Assembly (NCBI GenBank): GCA_963924565.1
Contig: OZ004611.1
Span: 24,428,001-24,492,000 of the forward strand
From: Ascidiella aspersa
Lineage: Eukaryota
Direction of reading: 5' to 3'
DNA length: 64,000 bases
Part shown: piece by piece, positions 38,480 through 52,538 of the stretch
Numbering within the stretch: position 1 is the first letter of the stretch
Layout: each line of letters opens with the position of its first letter
Notes under the pieces: model-generated
What the model was told of the DNA's origin: nothing
What the model saw: only the letters and a program-made list of their open reading frames with translations
Databases searched by the model: none
Position numbers and translations under genes: made by a program

Positions 38480-38990
38480 GGAACGAACAAATTGCAAATG
38501 CCGTCTCCTATGCTTTGTAGTGTGAGAATTACATCTATCTAATTTTACCAAATATAAACCGTAGTTACCAGGGAAAATATTATGAATTAAACAACACATC
38601 TCGTCTTTGCCATAAGTTGTACTATGAACGTTCGACGTCATTCACTGTGAAGAAGGCGACTTGAATAGGTTGTGTTGGAGAAGAATTTAAAGCGTTGGAG
38701 TAGAGATATAATTGCCAGAGAAACTGTGGTTTTAATTATTACTTGACTAAGGCTATAAAGTATATAAAGTATAAATTAATATTTCCCGGTTTGTGATCGT
38801 AGGTAATAGTGACAAATGCAGTATGTGGTTCTTCTAACAACACACGCATATTGATAAACGAACAAATTGTTTCCTTACGCTGCAAATTCCGTCTCCTATG
38901 CTTTGCAGTGTGAAGGGAATTACTTCTATCTCATTTTACTTAATATAAGCTGTTGTTACCAGGCATAATATTAATCAAACAACACAGTGA
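38480..38990. repeat. Direct repeat, ~120-bp unit (38480-38600 vs 38857-38987)
   Basis: AACGAACAAATTG...CCGTCTCCTATGCTTTG.AGTGTGA...GTTACCAGG...AAACAACACA twice. Confidence 0.75.
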
Positions 38991-41900
38991 CTCGACCATC
39001 TCTGTTCTATTTGCTTACTGTTGTTCTCGGTATTGTCATTGTTGTTGCTGCTGCAATACTTGAAGTGATACCAGGAAATCACGTTGCGGAATTTACCCGC
39101 AAATGCGAAAGTCACATACCGGTCGATGACCAAAGAAACGGTGCGTTGAGTGTATACGTCCCTGACCTGCCATAACCCGCATTTATAAAAGTCATCGCAC
39201 ACGCAGAAGCACTAGTTTATAGTCTATCTCAATTGCTGACTACGCGCTCAACGCTAAAACAATCGCGTGACGGGTTCAGTTTAATCAAACACAGGTTCTT
39301 TATGCACAGAAAGCTATCTCTGACGTAGAAGGGTTAATTGCCTTCATTGTCTCGCACAAGTGCATTGACGAAAGTCATTAATATCGTGAAGCCGCTTTCA
39401 AGAGGTCATCAGAAGGACGTGCTAATATAATACCAGGAAGTCGTATTACAGTTTTCGATGGACCGTTTGCTCGGTACGGAGAAACGCAGACCTAAGAAGC
39501 AAGACGTACTAATTTAAAACTCTGTACCTACTTTGCCATGTATTTTTGTTAAACTATAATGTTACACGCCAAACCAAAAACGTTACGATAATGGCTTGTT
39601 AATACAAAACAGGATCCCTCTATTTTCTGCAATAGCGGTGGCAAATGAATTTGGGCTAAAAAGGTGCGGGGAGTTCTGAAGGGTCCATCCAGTGGTCTGT
39701 TGTTCCCCGGCCATCCCTCTATTTTCTTGAATATATGTTATGACTAAACTGTGTTACGTAATCTCTGAAAATTGTCGTGCGTTCCTGTAAAAAATAATTT
39801 TATCGATCGAAGAAGAAATTGATTCTACTTTCACCCTTGTGTCAATCGTTCAACAATTTTCCTTAGGAGGGCAACCTTTTCTCAATACTTGAAGGGTTAA
39901 ATCCTTGAACTATTTGCAAACTTGTCACGGTTAAACATATAACCTTGGATTTTTATAAAATTTCACAACAAATTTAACTTTTGTTCAATTTAATTGAGGG
40001 TTACAGGTTGATAAAAGTGGATTACCCCTATATTGAAATTATGGCGACCTTTTACAGCGCTTCCCGACTCAAGTTTACTCTCCAATAAAAGTTTTGCGTG
40101 CACACTTGCACGTTCAGGCCTTGGCGAACAAACAAAACAAGCAAAGCCAATATTGCAAACGACAAAACTGACGTCCTTAACTGCTCCAGAGCCCACGCAG
40201 TCACAATCATCGCACGATTTGCAAATGTTTAGAGTAGCGAGCGGATTTGTTTCTCTTTTGTGTCCAAGCACCTTTAGACAATACACACACTCACAAAGCA
40301 CTCCCTATAGTTGTCGTTCCATGTAAAACAAAGAAAGTGTTTTTTTAAACTGGCGCTTTGCCTCCCCAGTGTTTTTTATTTGGAAGTGGTTAGTGCGTGG
40401 GCCCAAAGCACACTTCTCCCAAAGCGCAAAGTTTCACCTGGGTGTTAAGGGCGGCGACCTACAGCTCGTAGCTAAATGGGTCGACAAGCGCAAACATTGT
40501 GGAAATAAAATTAATGTGCGAAATCATAGAGTGGTCTCGTAATAGTGTGTCAAGAACACATTTAAATTTCCTCCCCGTCTTTACGCAGTACCTGATATAA
40601 TGATGCATTGTTATTTTTTGGAGTGGTGTGTATTAATGTAATGCAAAACTACACATTTGACTTGCTTTATCTCACTTTCTCTTGTTTTGCTTAATTATCT
40701 TCACTTCACTTTATTTGTCTTGATGACTTTGCATTTGCGTTTTCCACTTATGACAACTAATGGTTTCCCGCCTTTGTTTTAATGTAAAGCACAATTCTTT
40801 AGTTTTTGCAACTGCTAAAAGTAAACAACTCCGCAGGCTAGTTGTTGGCGTTCTGTAATATAGTGCAGTTGGGAACGCTAGCTCCCTGTGCTACAGAATC
40901 AGTCTGGTGTTGGCGTCCGCGCCACACGGCCATACTGATAATAAACACATATGTTCTATTGGAGTGCGACATCCGGTCAGTGACAGATCGTCAAGCAGAG
41001 AATAATGAAAAGTCTAATTCTCCCTATATTGTACAGATTCGAGTGGCGAATTTACTTTGAAAAGCGTCATCCGCACAAATGCTTAGTTTTGCCAATTAAA
41101 CTAGACTTTTGTTATTGGAATTGCAACGCCCACATACCAAGTGCACAAAAATTGTGTAAATAAAACCTAGTAGGCTATCAGGTGTGGCCTTTGCTTTATA
41201 TCCTATACGCAAAAGAGGTAGAATAAAACTATAGGCCACCTTATCGGCCTTTGCAGCAAGGTTCCAAAATAGGCTAAATTTACAGTAAGCGCAAAACGTT
41301 TGGTGTCGGCAAATGAGTGGGGATCGGACTTTAACCATGGCGCACTTTTAATTAATTTATAACGCTTTAACCACGAAAAGTGAACAGGAAGACAAAAAAC
41401 ATCTCAAGTGCTGACATTGCCGACACAGTGGCCGCGGCACAAAGCCCTTAATAGCAATACGACCATTTTACCTCACTGGAAACCTATTATGTAAACGTTC
41501 GTGTGCAACAACCAATCGCAATCGAATAACATTATGTCACGTGACCGGGAAGACAGCAGCGAAGAGCCACACACTGCCCACGCAGCAATATATTACGATT
41601 GTTTGCATGAACGGCTAGTGTAAGCAACACATGTGGCAGCCGATGCGATTCTGCTCGCACGCATGTTTTTCTCGTAGGTTTCAACCGCATCGGCGCTTGA
41701 ATAGGAGCATATAAAAGTTTATGGCGCTGATGGGGTGTGTAAATACAGAGGGCAGGTTTATGACACGACGGTTTCAAAAGCGACCGATTTCGAACTTTGA
41801 ACTTGCTTTTAAAACACATTTTTAACCTATTTTTTAAGTTAGGGTTGCCATACGTCCGAATTTACCCGGACATGATAGGGGCAGGGGCGAATTCAAAAGG

Positions 41901-44900
41901 GGAGGGGGGGGTATGACCAAAACTGTAATTTTTGCCTACTTTATAAGTAATTTCAAAAAAATGAATCTTTTTATGTATCTATGAAAAGTCTTAGATTTTT
42001 TTACTTTTAATAACCTCACGTTTATATGTAACTTTGTAAAGTCACATTTTGGTGCAACTTTGTGACGCCATGGTATGACGTAACAAGGTGACGTAAATTC
42101 TGTGAAGGAATACTAGACATTTCGAGCCCACGAGGGAATCTTTTCCTGGGCAAATAAAGTTGCAAAAAATGAAATATTGTGCTTGGGGTTTAATCAATAG
42201 AAGCAAAATATACATAGTACATTATTAGTGCCTCTACAGGTGGTTACTGGCTGTCCCATTTGTTATGAAATTGTCTGAAATTTTACCTTTTCAAAAATGA
42301 AATACTTTTTCTAAGTGACCATGTTATCTAATTAAGAAAGGAAAGTGTGGTAAATAAAAAGTCTGTTGCGATTTAAAACGAGCATGCAGACAGGCCTTAT
42401 GAGAGCGGTTATTCTCTATGATCTACAGATCATGCTTGCAATCGACAAAAACAAATTTCCATACTAGTCTCAGGCCATAATTTAAACAAGGTTTTCCTAC
42501 AAGTTATGAACCTTTGATTAGTTTAAATATTAAATTGCCCTAGGCCAGTGGGCTTATATTAGGCTTACAGTTTCCTACGTTGAAAGATTGAAAAATAAAC
42601 ATATATTTTTGTGATTAATTAGAACTATAGTTCGCATGTGCAATTAAGTGGCTGATAGTAGCTTGGAGATGCAAAAATAATTAATGTTGGTAAGGCTGTT
42701 TGCCTATGGGGAAATCAGGATGATCAAATAACTTCTATTACCCCGGTAAAATCATGCCAACTTTGAATTCCATAATAAATGCATTACTCTCTGTTTCGCA
42801 CAGACAGAAGTGGTAAAGCGTCAAAGAATACTCACACATTCCACCTCAACTCCTCCCACATATTTAGAGACCAATTTAAAACCAAAGTTTGCCCAACACC
42901 TACCTCTGAACCATTCAGTTATAGCGCAGGCGTGGCTGATGACCGAGTGACCCGTAAGTGTGCAACATCAGCAGTCACGTGATCCAATTGACCGCTATAG
43001 GCCTACGCAGTGAAAGCAACAACAGGCTTGTGAGAGTAGTGGCCTTAATATTGCTATCTTAAAACATAAAAAAGTCACTGATTTCCGAGTGATAATGATA
43101 ACAGGGTATAATAGCGTCTACTATATGCGCTTGCAATTTACACGACCACTCCAAAGAAACAGATTTACGCTTTGAACCATATTTCCAAAGATTGACAACT
43201 TATTGGTTTTGGAGTAACACTTAGATGACATGACAACCCTGTAACGGTAGACAAAAATATGTAACTATTGCACAAGTGGTTTAGCAGGGACTCTCAGCTG
43301 GATTGGAAGAAAAATCGAGTAAACATTAGCCGCAGGAAACAATGGGTGCTGATTTAAATACTTGTGATCATTACCCTAATCGCGCGCCTGATGCAAGGAC
43401 ATCCTTTGTCCAGCGGCACGTGTCAACTTTCTCGGGTGGCAACAATAACAACGACTATAGCGCGATAGGCTGATCAGGAGACTGCCATTCAAATAGTTGC
43501 AAATTGCCACGCTTGTAGCGCAACACCGAGCACGAGACTGTATTGTAAGTCACTGATTTTAGTTCCTTAGCGTGTGGATTGGATTAAATTAAAGCCTTCC
43601 GCACAACGCCACCAACAAAGGCCGGATGTTTTTGCCCACAGAAGCGTCCAGTTTATGAAGGCGAACTTTGGTGAAACACCACACGGATTCGTTAAGCGCT
43701 TGCAATCCGCGCCGTGACTGGGCAAAAAAAGGTTCCCAAAAAAATTCAGAGCTTTAGGGGAAAGCCTGGAGCAGAATTCCCTGAAAATTTTACTCAGCTT
43801 TCCACAACGGTCGGCTGCGAATATCGATTCGCATCGTTGAGGTGCTTAAAACGCTTTGGAATGGCGTAAATGTATGGCGGAACACGTTAATGGCGAACCG
43901 AGTATAGTACGCCTAAATTTCATGTATGGTTAAACATAATACGCGTAAAAATGTCACACATATCTTGATAAAGTTGATTTTTCAAAAGGATTCATTTAAT
44001 TATGATACTCGCAAATTGCAATGCCATATTAAAAAACGTAAACCTATAAAGAAGTACGTTTACCGCCTTACGTTTTAAGCTTTTAACGTTACCTACAGTC
44101 TCACGTCATCGTTAATGCGATATTTAGTTGGATGGAGGATATTAACAAAATAGAGAGTTTACGTCTCACAACTTCACAACTTCCGTCGATTATGTAACCG
44201 TAAAAGGCGAACTAAATAATATACAGCAACCGATGCGAAGTATGCAGGACCATTTTTTATTTGAATAAAGTCTAGGATAAAGCGATCTCATTATCCTACA
44301 GACTTGCACACAGGATTAAGACGTTTCGGTGAATTTTAAAAGCGATTAAACACCGGCTTTAGGTTTAGTTAAATTAGTTTTGGGAAACAATCAAGATTTT
44401 TGGATTGCTCTAAACATCCAGTAATTATGTTTAAAAGTAAATAATCGCTTTGTTGAGTTCTTGTTTTTTTTGTGATAAGTTCTCGTTTTTTGTGAAAGGA
44501 GAAACTAACGTAGCTTTCAGCGTAATGTCATTACCCTCCGGCAACGGAAAAATATGTCATTTATTTGCCAAAAAAGGTGTTTAAATAAATAACACCAAAC
44601 AAGCTCACGGTGCCGTATGGAAAACGCAGCGTATATTTTACCAGACTTTCGTAAATTCATAAAACGCGTGTTTCGTGTTTCACGTGACAATTACGCAACC
44701 GTTTTGCCGTGTTTAGGCATAACAACAAACATCAGGATTTAATTTGCGTAAACCGCTTCAAAGTTTTCTTGTGGTTTAAGCAGTGTGAAAATTTCACGGT
44801 CTCTTTTTGAATTTAACGTTTACCTAATATGGCCGTGCTTAGAGTGTTTGATTTCAAATACGTCTCGGCGATATTTTCAACAGTCACGAATCCGTATTTC

Positions 44901-47269
44901 CGGCGTGATAAAGCTGCAATTCCCCAGCGCAACATTCGCTTCTCTGGGACTCCGAAAACACACCAGAAGGCATTCCTTATTTAGCCGCCAAAACAGTATC
45001 AAAATTGTTACTGCGAAGAAGCGATACTGGGCGATAATCCAGTCGAGTTAAAGCGACGGTTTTAGATTTTGTCAATGCCTAATTTGGCGCTGGCCAAAGT
45101 CTCTCAAGAAAAAGGCGCATTCGGTTTATAGCCTCGTATATAAGCATTTTCGAGCATCGTGCTAAAAACGCGTGCTGCAAGCGTGCCGTACAGTCGTGGA
45201 GTAGGCGCCTTCGGTTCAAACAGCAATATGCACGGGGTTGTAATCACAGCAGCATACCCGGAAGCAAGAATTTGAACTCATCAATTTTAAACCGGATAAA
45301 TTAAACAAATATGTATATATATATATATATATTTATTAGATAAACTTTATTATTTTTTCCCCGTTATTTAACCTATCCAAGGCAACTTAGGCAGCCTGTA
45401 TAATTTTCTCCCGATTGTCTATTTCTGAAAGTAATGTGGTCATTCATTTGTGATTAATCACCGAACGTAATGATGGCACATGCATTTGGTTGACGAATCA
45501 CACGTCAATGAAGTTGTGAGCTTTGGGTATCTACATGACTTCACAGTTGAGTCACGTTTGTTCATATTAATAATTTTCATTTTTCACGACTAAGTATAAA
45601 TGATAACATGTTTAATATAGTGCGGAACACTGCAAAAGTGTTATCTTTTTGCGAAGTATATTTAGTTGTAGCCTATAGTGCCATTATTTTGTAGATTGGA
45701 TAGTTGAGGTAATTAAGTAACAAATAAGCTGAACCACTACTGCCAACTAGCGACACTTTTTAATTAAGTTATACTATTTTGTCTTGAACCTCTTCTGATA
45801 TTTAAAACATTGGGAATACATTTGCCAAAATTCATAATTTAAAATTTAAATCAATAAAATGTTAGCAATGGTAGATTAGAAAAAAAAATTAATATAGGAA
45901 TAAAGCATTATTTTTGCGCACAATTACTTGTATTGTAAAACAAAACACCAGAGATAGGAGAAAATCGCAAAAAGATTAGCCCACGCGTATAACATCACAC
46001 ACAAAAGGTAGAATTTAATCGAATGAGAAACGGCGCATTATTTATTCGTTTATGAGTATTTTGCGTCTCAATAGACCGCAATGTAAAGAGAAACCCGAAG
46101 TGGTGTGGAATTCGCACATCCCTCAGCCTCTTATGTAATCTTCATCATCTTCCTTGGTTTTAAAGCGCGTGTTACTATTAATAGCCATTTTCGAAAAGGA
46201 CGCGCGTGGCGAAAATAATTCGGATGTCAAAATGTAATTGACGTAATGAAGAGCAGCGTTCCCTCTTTTGGCGCAACGTGTAAGGACGCCTTGTGTTTAA
46301 AAGTCGAACAAGCGTCTGCACACTACTACACATGCCGCAAATAGAAAATTAGGCGAATAAATTGTGTGACAGCATCGATCAGGAATTGCCCCCACTCCCC
46401 TCTGAGACACGAGTGCCAATTGCAGTCGGCAATTCCTGCCAATGTAAACAATCACGCGGACAAACAAAGAGCGCTTCGAGGTGATTTCGCGAAACGAAAA
46501 AGCAATTGAGCGCTGCCAACAACAATGGTTTTGTTAGATTACCGAACGAACGCGCAATGTTCTCGCGTGTCGAGCGAAGTAGTAGGTACAATACATTCAC
46601 TCGGGGCCACGTAGCGTTAAGAGGGTCATCGCTTTGCCGCCTGCGGTTCTATTGTCACCAGTAGGCGGGCTACGTAATCCGCTATTTTTAGTAACCAAAC
46701 ATACTGCTAGCAAGTCGGACGCCCACCCCTTCGTACTGTGTACGCTGCGTCCGATAAGACGCATTTGCAAAGGCTTATATGGCCTTTTGAGTGTTTACCT
46801 TTGCGAGCGACGAATTCTTAAGGTGTCGCTGGGCTGGTGGTTTTTAAGACTTGGGTCGTATGCGCAATTTCTCTCGTGGAGTTAAGCTATTCTCCATTTG
46901 CGGTTTTGCGCGATACCGTTAAACAACCGATGGAAAGCCGGACTGGTTTGTTTAAGTCAGTTTAACCCCATATTTGGCTATGCAGCTCCGCTTTGCGTTA
47001 AAAAGACTAAATAATAATAACTTAAGTAACGAGACAAGATATGAAACGACTTACGGTCATATAATGATTGCCTATATATTAGTATGCCTAAGTCAGTCGT
47101 ATTTTGAAACTTCAAAATTTAAGTAGTTGAATGAAATTGTTTTTTTAAAACTTAATTTTGCTAAATCTGAAACTAGCTAAAAGGGGTGACTTATAAGGCA
47201 ATAAACCTGAAACACCTGCAAATGGGAGCAAAACAACATCGCGTGACAAAGCGATAATAAAACCGCAAA

Positions 47270-47561
47270 TGCCACGCCCAAGGAATTACGTAATTGTTAA
47301 ACCTTCTTCGCCAATTTAACAGCAGAAGCACGAACACAGTAGCACGTGAATATTAGGTAATCGCCAATTCCACGAGACGATTCTTACGTCAGCGGTATAA
47401 AGCCCTAATGCCAAACAGCTAGATTTAACAGAGACGCCGCCGAATTCTTTAGCAACAATAGTAGGCACAGTGAACGCCGCTTATTAGGCTTGCTGCTAGG
47501 ACTTCGTGTACTCGATATGGCTGGGGCGATGCCGGGGTTGACTGTAACAGAATTTCTGTTG
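47270..47561 (+). promoter_or_regulatory. Promoter-like motif cluster with TATA and a putative first exon; no long ORF downstream
   Basis: CCACGCCC (47272), TTACGTAA (47286), CACGTG (47343), TTACGTCA (47384), TATAAAG (47396), donor TTG|GTAAAT (47561). Confidence 0.45.
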
Positions 47562-49479
47562 GTAAATGGTTAATACCTAATTTGGAATTTTTACAAACAT
47601 TTTAGATCCATTGTGCTTTAGAAATGGTAACACGACGAGCATCTCTAGATTGTGGCATTGTTCACTAACAATGGATAGCGCTAAAGGGTTCGCTGTAGTT
47701 TACCCAACACATTAGGCTTGGTCCTATAGGGCGAATTTGATATCACCAGGGCTAAGCTGGGCCATGTTTGAACCAATAGTTACAAGTGAAACAAATAGCG
47801 CTCGTACTACTCACAAAATATTGCACATGTTTACATGTAATATGATAGCCTATCGGTATTTTTTTTACTTTAAAATGCGTTATTTTATCCAACAAATTTA
47901 CCGGATTTATTTAATATTGCTATAGTCCTGTTTTCGAATTTCCAAATAAGGCAATGTAGAAACGTGCTACGGAACCGACATAAATGACCTTTATACGACT
48001 TGTTTAGTCAAACCTGTATCAAAAATCTTTTTTCTTAGGGGTGATACTGAAAAAATCTACCCTAAATATGTATATTTATTTCATTTGTTATCAAACCTTT
48101 ATCCGTAAATGCGTGGATCAAGCTATACTGTTGTACATACTATCATTTCTTCCCCTCAATATAGAAATCTTGGTAATTGACCGTTCTGCCACCTTTAGGC
48201 GTTGGCCACTTTTTGTTGCTTTCCTGCTTTATTGTTTTGCTTGTCGCTTAATTACACGTAGTGTAGCGCTTGGCATACGACAGGCCGTAAGTATAGAGAT
48301 CCTGCAGTTTGGCGTAACAGTTGAACTAAAATTTTGCAAAATGGTACTTGTAAACCACATGGTCCAAGTGGCTTACATTTCTCCCATTGCGAAAGTTACC
48401 GCAATTCCAGTTTAACAACTTTTTGTGATTAAATTGCGTTGTTTTTGAATTTTTGCGACTGTAAACAGTTGGTTCGTGTAGAGGGGACTTTCCCTTAAGC
48501 GCTCGCTTTATGCTGTGCGAGAGAATGGATTTGCAAGTCAGACAAACAACAGCTGCTGAACATTCGGCGGATCTTAGATTGCGCAAAAGGGAAAATAAAT
48601 TCTAAAGTGGTGTAATGGACAACATCTAAAAATGTGCATTTATCTGTTTTAGGGGATTTTTTTGTACAGCTTCCAAACGAGTCACCAAACCACACAGCTG
48701 CTTGTAAATTTGTGTATAACAACTTTGGTAACTATTTAGGGAAACTAGTTTATTTTATCTTTAAATACGGTTTGTTCGGTGTGAACTTTGATTCAATAGA
48801 ATAATATGTCTCACACGTACTACTGACTAAGGTTAACTTTCGTAGAGCTTCCTATAATGTTAAAAAAAAGAAATAATTCGTATTTCAACGTCAAATGCAC
48901 TTTATAGCATAAGTTTTGAAACAAACAGGTTTATATACACCTTCAAAACGTAGTGATACATTTAAGTAATGTGTACTTTCCATGCATATAAATTATTTTT
49001 TTATTTTACAGGGTCTAAATGTACCGTACTCAGATTTGTAGTAAATATTTATTTTGCATGCACAAAAAATACAATCTTTTTAGCATTTAATTTGTCATAT
49101 GTAAATAAAAGGCTAGAAAGTCTGAACGCTTATCTATAGGCTAGTCAAGCGACCATAAATTGCACAACATTGTTATAATATAGAAAATCGCGTCGGCCTA
49201 GAGCAAACCAATCATCGCGATCTCAAAACTAATATCTCACTGACTGATATTTATCTAAAGAGGTCGCTTTTCAAACAACTTGCCATGTTTGGGTATTTTC
49301 TCAGTCCAAAGTTTTCGCCCGCAGGGTAGCGCTAGTGACCCTAATTTAAGACGCTTACTGGTTACGTAAGGGTGAAACGAGATTTTCGTTCGCCTGATTC
49401 GCGAGTGGCGCAATCTATGTTTGGGTTCGCTCGATTTGCTGAAACTAACGTTGGTAACCCGATACAGAGGGGCAGGCGG

Positions 49480-51990
49480 TAAAAGCGCTGCATTTGGTAT
49501 CGAGCGGCAAAGCGTTGGGTTTTGCAACATGGCTTGTGAAACTTTATTGTGTCGCAACGTATTTTTTCCTCAAACCTGAAGGCGTTGTAGGTTTGCCGTC
49601 CCAATGAAATTAACTCCGGGGACACGGTGGTGTTTCTATGGGTTAAAACTTTGAAGTCGGAATCCGGGTTTTAGATAAGAATTTAAATAAACTTCGTAAC
49701 CTTTAGCCTTTTACTCATAGGCGTTCAACAATTTAGCAATAGAATCATCAAGGCAGTCAATAGTATAGAAAATATATTCGGTCACAGTAATGCTACAACT
49801 GTATACTGTAGACCAAAGTAAAACTTAAAAAAGGAGGAAAACAATGGTAATTCGTACCGTGCAAACGCTTTAAACCACATGTTCACGTATTTTAAATATT
49901 CTTCCACGTCTCAATACAAACACTCCAGCCAAAACAGTACGTTATCCTCCATTCGAACAAAGTCCAGTAAATACCGAGGTTATACAAACAAACCTTAAAA
50001 AAGGTCGTATTGCTTTAAATCTCTTGCAAGGCACAGAGCCGGGTCGTTATCCAAACATAATCACTATATTATTGCTTCATTTAGGATGACGACATGTGGC
50101 AAAAGCCCCTATTCACCTTTCGCTTGAATCTCGTTCCGTTTAATCAATAACAACATTTTTTAGCAATAAATATGCAAAACGATCAATAAAAAGGCTTATT
50201 TTCGTAGGTCTATGGCAGGGCAACATACGGCCCGCGGCAACATTTTGCCACATTTCGCTACTAAAATCATTACACTTATGATACTTTTAATAGCGAAATG
50301 TTGCTATCTTATAACGTCAAATTCCAAACAAACTGATTTTCGGTTTACTAAGTTCTGCACCTAGTTTATTCTTTAAGTCGGGAAGTAATCAGTATGTTTA
50401 ATGTGCAATGAAAGTGTGGCCGTATTTAAAGAGTACCACATTAGCCGCCATTATGCGACAAAACATGCAAGATTTGGCAGTACTTAATCCGGCCCGCCAA
50501 GTACTCCATTTTCCCATATCTGGCCCGCCAACCGGGTTAAAAAACTCCAAAAACCCCAAATGCTTTTGAATTTTAACCCCATGCGAGCAAAGCGCTGCTA
50601 CAAAGCAAACGTTGTAGCGTTGTAGCTGACTAAGATATAGTTTCTGACAATATTGAATTGTGTAACAATTCGCAATTCCACCGAAAACAACAAAACATTT
50701 TATCGTGTTACATATGTCAGAAAAATATTGTGTATTGCTACCTGCCGTACTACATTCCTAGTTTAGTAAACCAAAATAACGAATGTTTTTGCAAAACGTT
50801 TTTATTTAGTGTCGACGAAATAGATGTAAAACGTCGGGCTGCATTCGGTATCCAGTGGCAAAGCATTAATTTTAAAATGACTGGTGAAACGTAATGGTGT
50901 CGCAACTTTTTTACCTGAAACCTGAAGACGTTATAGGTTCGCCGCATCTTAACTACGGGGACACGGTGGTTTTCTAGGTAAGAACGGAAAACAATATTGT
51001 CTTTTAGTCGGAAACCTGATTTATAGGTAAAAAGGATTCAAATATACCTTTTGGCGTCGGGAATTTGGAAAGCAGAAAACCATGATTAGTGCGAAAGATG
51101 TCAAACTATAGACTAATATTTTCATAATAAGCGTTCATTAATTTACCAGGATAAATAAAAAGACCTTCAATATCCCGGTCTAAAACGCCCGGATATTTAA
51201 TAGCAAATATATTGCGTTACGGTAATACTCTAAAATTGTAACTTGTTGTTACAACTATAAATAAGTGGGTAATAAAAATAATTTGAACCGTACAAACTAG
51301 ACCCCTGCATGTTTACGTATTTCCATCATTTATCTCAATACGAACACTCCAGCCAAAACAATACGCTATCCTCCATTCGAACAAAGTCCAGTAAATACCG
51401 CGGTTATATAAACAAACCTTTAAAAGGTCGTATTGCCTTATATCTTGCGCGAAGCACAGAGCCGGGTCATTGTCCAAACACAATCGTTATTTTATCACCG
51501 AATTTAGGATGACGACATGATGCATAACGCTGTTTTTACCTTTCGCCTGAATTTCGTTTAATCAATGACGAAAGAATTTAGCAAGAAAAATACACGACGA
51601 TCATTTGAGAGGCTGATTTTCGTCTATAGGCTTCTGGTTTACGTTACGTAATAAATTGAAGAGCCGAAAACCCAATATGCTTTCGAATTTGAAACTTAAA
51701 ACATACTTATCAAGTACATAAAAATGTACTGTTTTTGCTGCAAAGGTCACATTTTGTAATGATTCGCGATTCCACCTTAAGCAACAAAATTTATCGTGTA
51801 TTGCAAAAATTATCGTGTATTGTATTCTAGAAAAATATTGAGCATTGCTACTTGCCGTTCTATATGTTGAGTTTAGCAAACCTTACGAAAGCGAGCATAT
51901 ATTTACCGACGACGAAAGAGAATGTAAAACGTTTATATGCGTGAGAAATGTATAAAATCATAAAAATGTAAAACCTGAATGAAAAGCAAG
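49480..51990. repeat. Diverged tandem duplication, two full units and part of a third
   Basis: 49480-49650 ~ 50828-50975; 49876-50160 ~ 51306-51570 (includes a near-identical TCCTCCATTCGAACAAAGTCCAGTAAATACCG core); 50670-50830 ~ 51765-51890. Confidence 0.85.
50213..50535. mobile_element. Decayed hAT (Charlie/Buster-like) MITE present in only one duplication unit
   Basis: GGGCAACATACGGCCCGCGG start; CCGGCCCGCC and TGGCCCGCC subterminal motifs; absent from the second unit. Confidence 0.55.
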
Positions 51991-52538
51991 ATAAAGGCAC
52001 CAGAAGCGAGATAGAAAATAAGACCGAGGTTAATTTAAAAAAAAAATGAAAAACAAAATACAATCAACAAAAATAAACGAAGGTGTCACTCACAGAAGAC
52101 GTATACCCATTAACGGAAACGTTAAACTAGGATTTCTTAAACTTTTTAACACGGACCCTCTAACAACTTTATTTGGTTAAAAGCGTGGGGTCGACATGGA
52201 ATTTTCCGAAATGACGCCATAATATGACGTTATACAACAAGCAGACTTCGGAAAGCTGTTGTTTTCAGTCCAACAAATGTGAAAAAACTGAAATGAAGTC
52301 AAATTACATTTAACGAGAAGTCACCAATGCGTTTTGTTTATTTAAACTCTCTTTTTTTATGTTGAAAATAGATTTTAAATAGTCTTTCATTGACTTCTGG
52401 AACTAGTCAACGTACCCCAAAGGGTCCATGGACCTCTCAGTTTAAGAAATCCTGCGCTAAACAGGCAAAATTTATTTGCCAATAAATACTTGTCCAGTTC
52501 ACGCATCGAAATCGCGCTTTCGACAAAAGCTGTTAACG

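Noticed and set aside
41839-41915. TAGGGTTGCC / CAGGGGCG hAT-like termini
   Set aside because: No partner TIR or TSD found, so boundaries cannot be defined.
49852-49862. TCGTACCGTG matches the 5' end of miR-126
   Set aside because: 10-nt match, no hairpin seen, and not retained in the duplicate copy.
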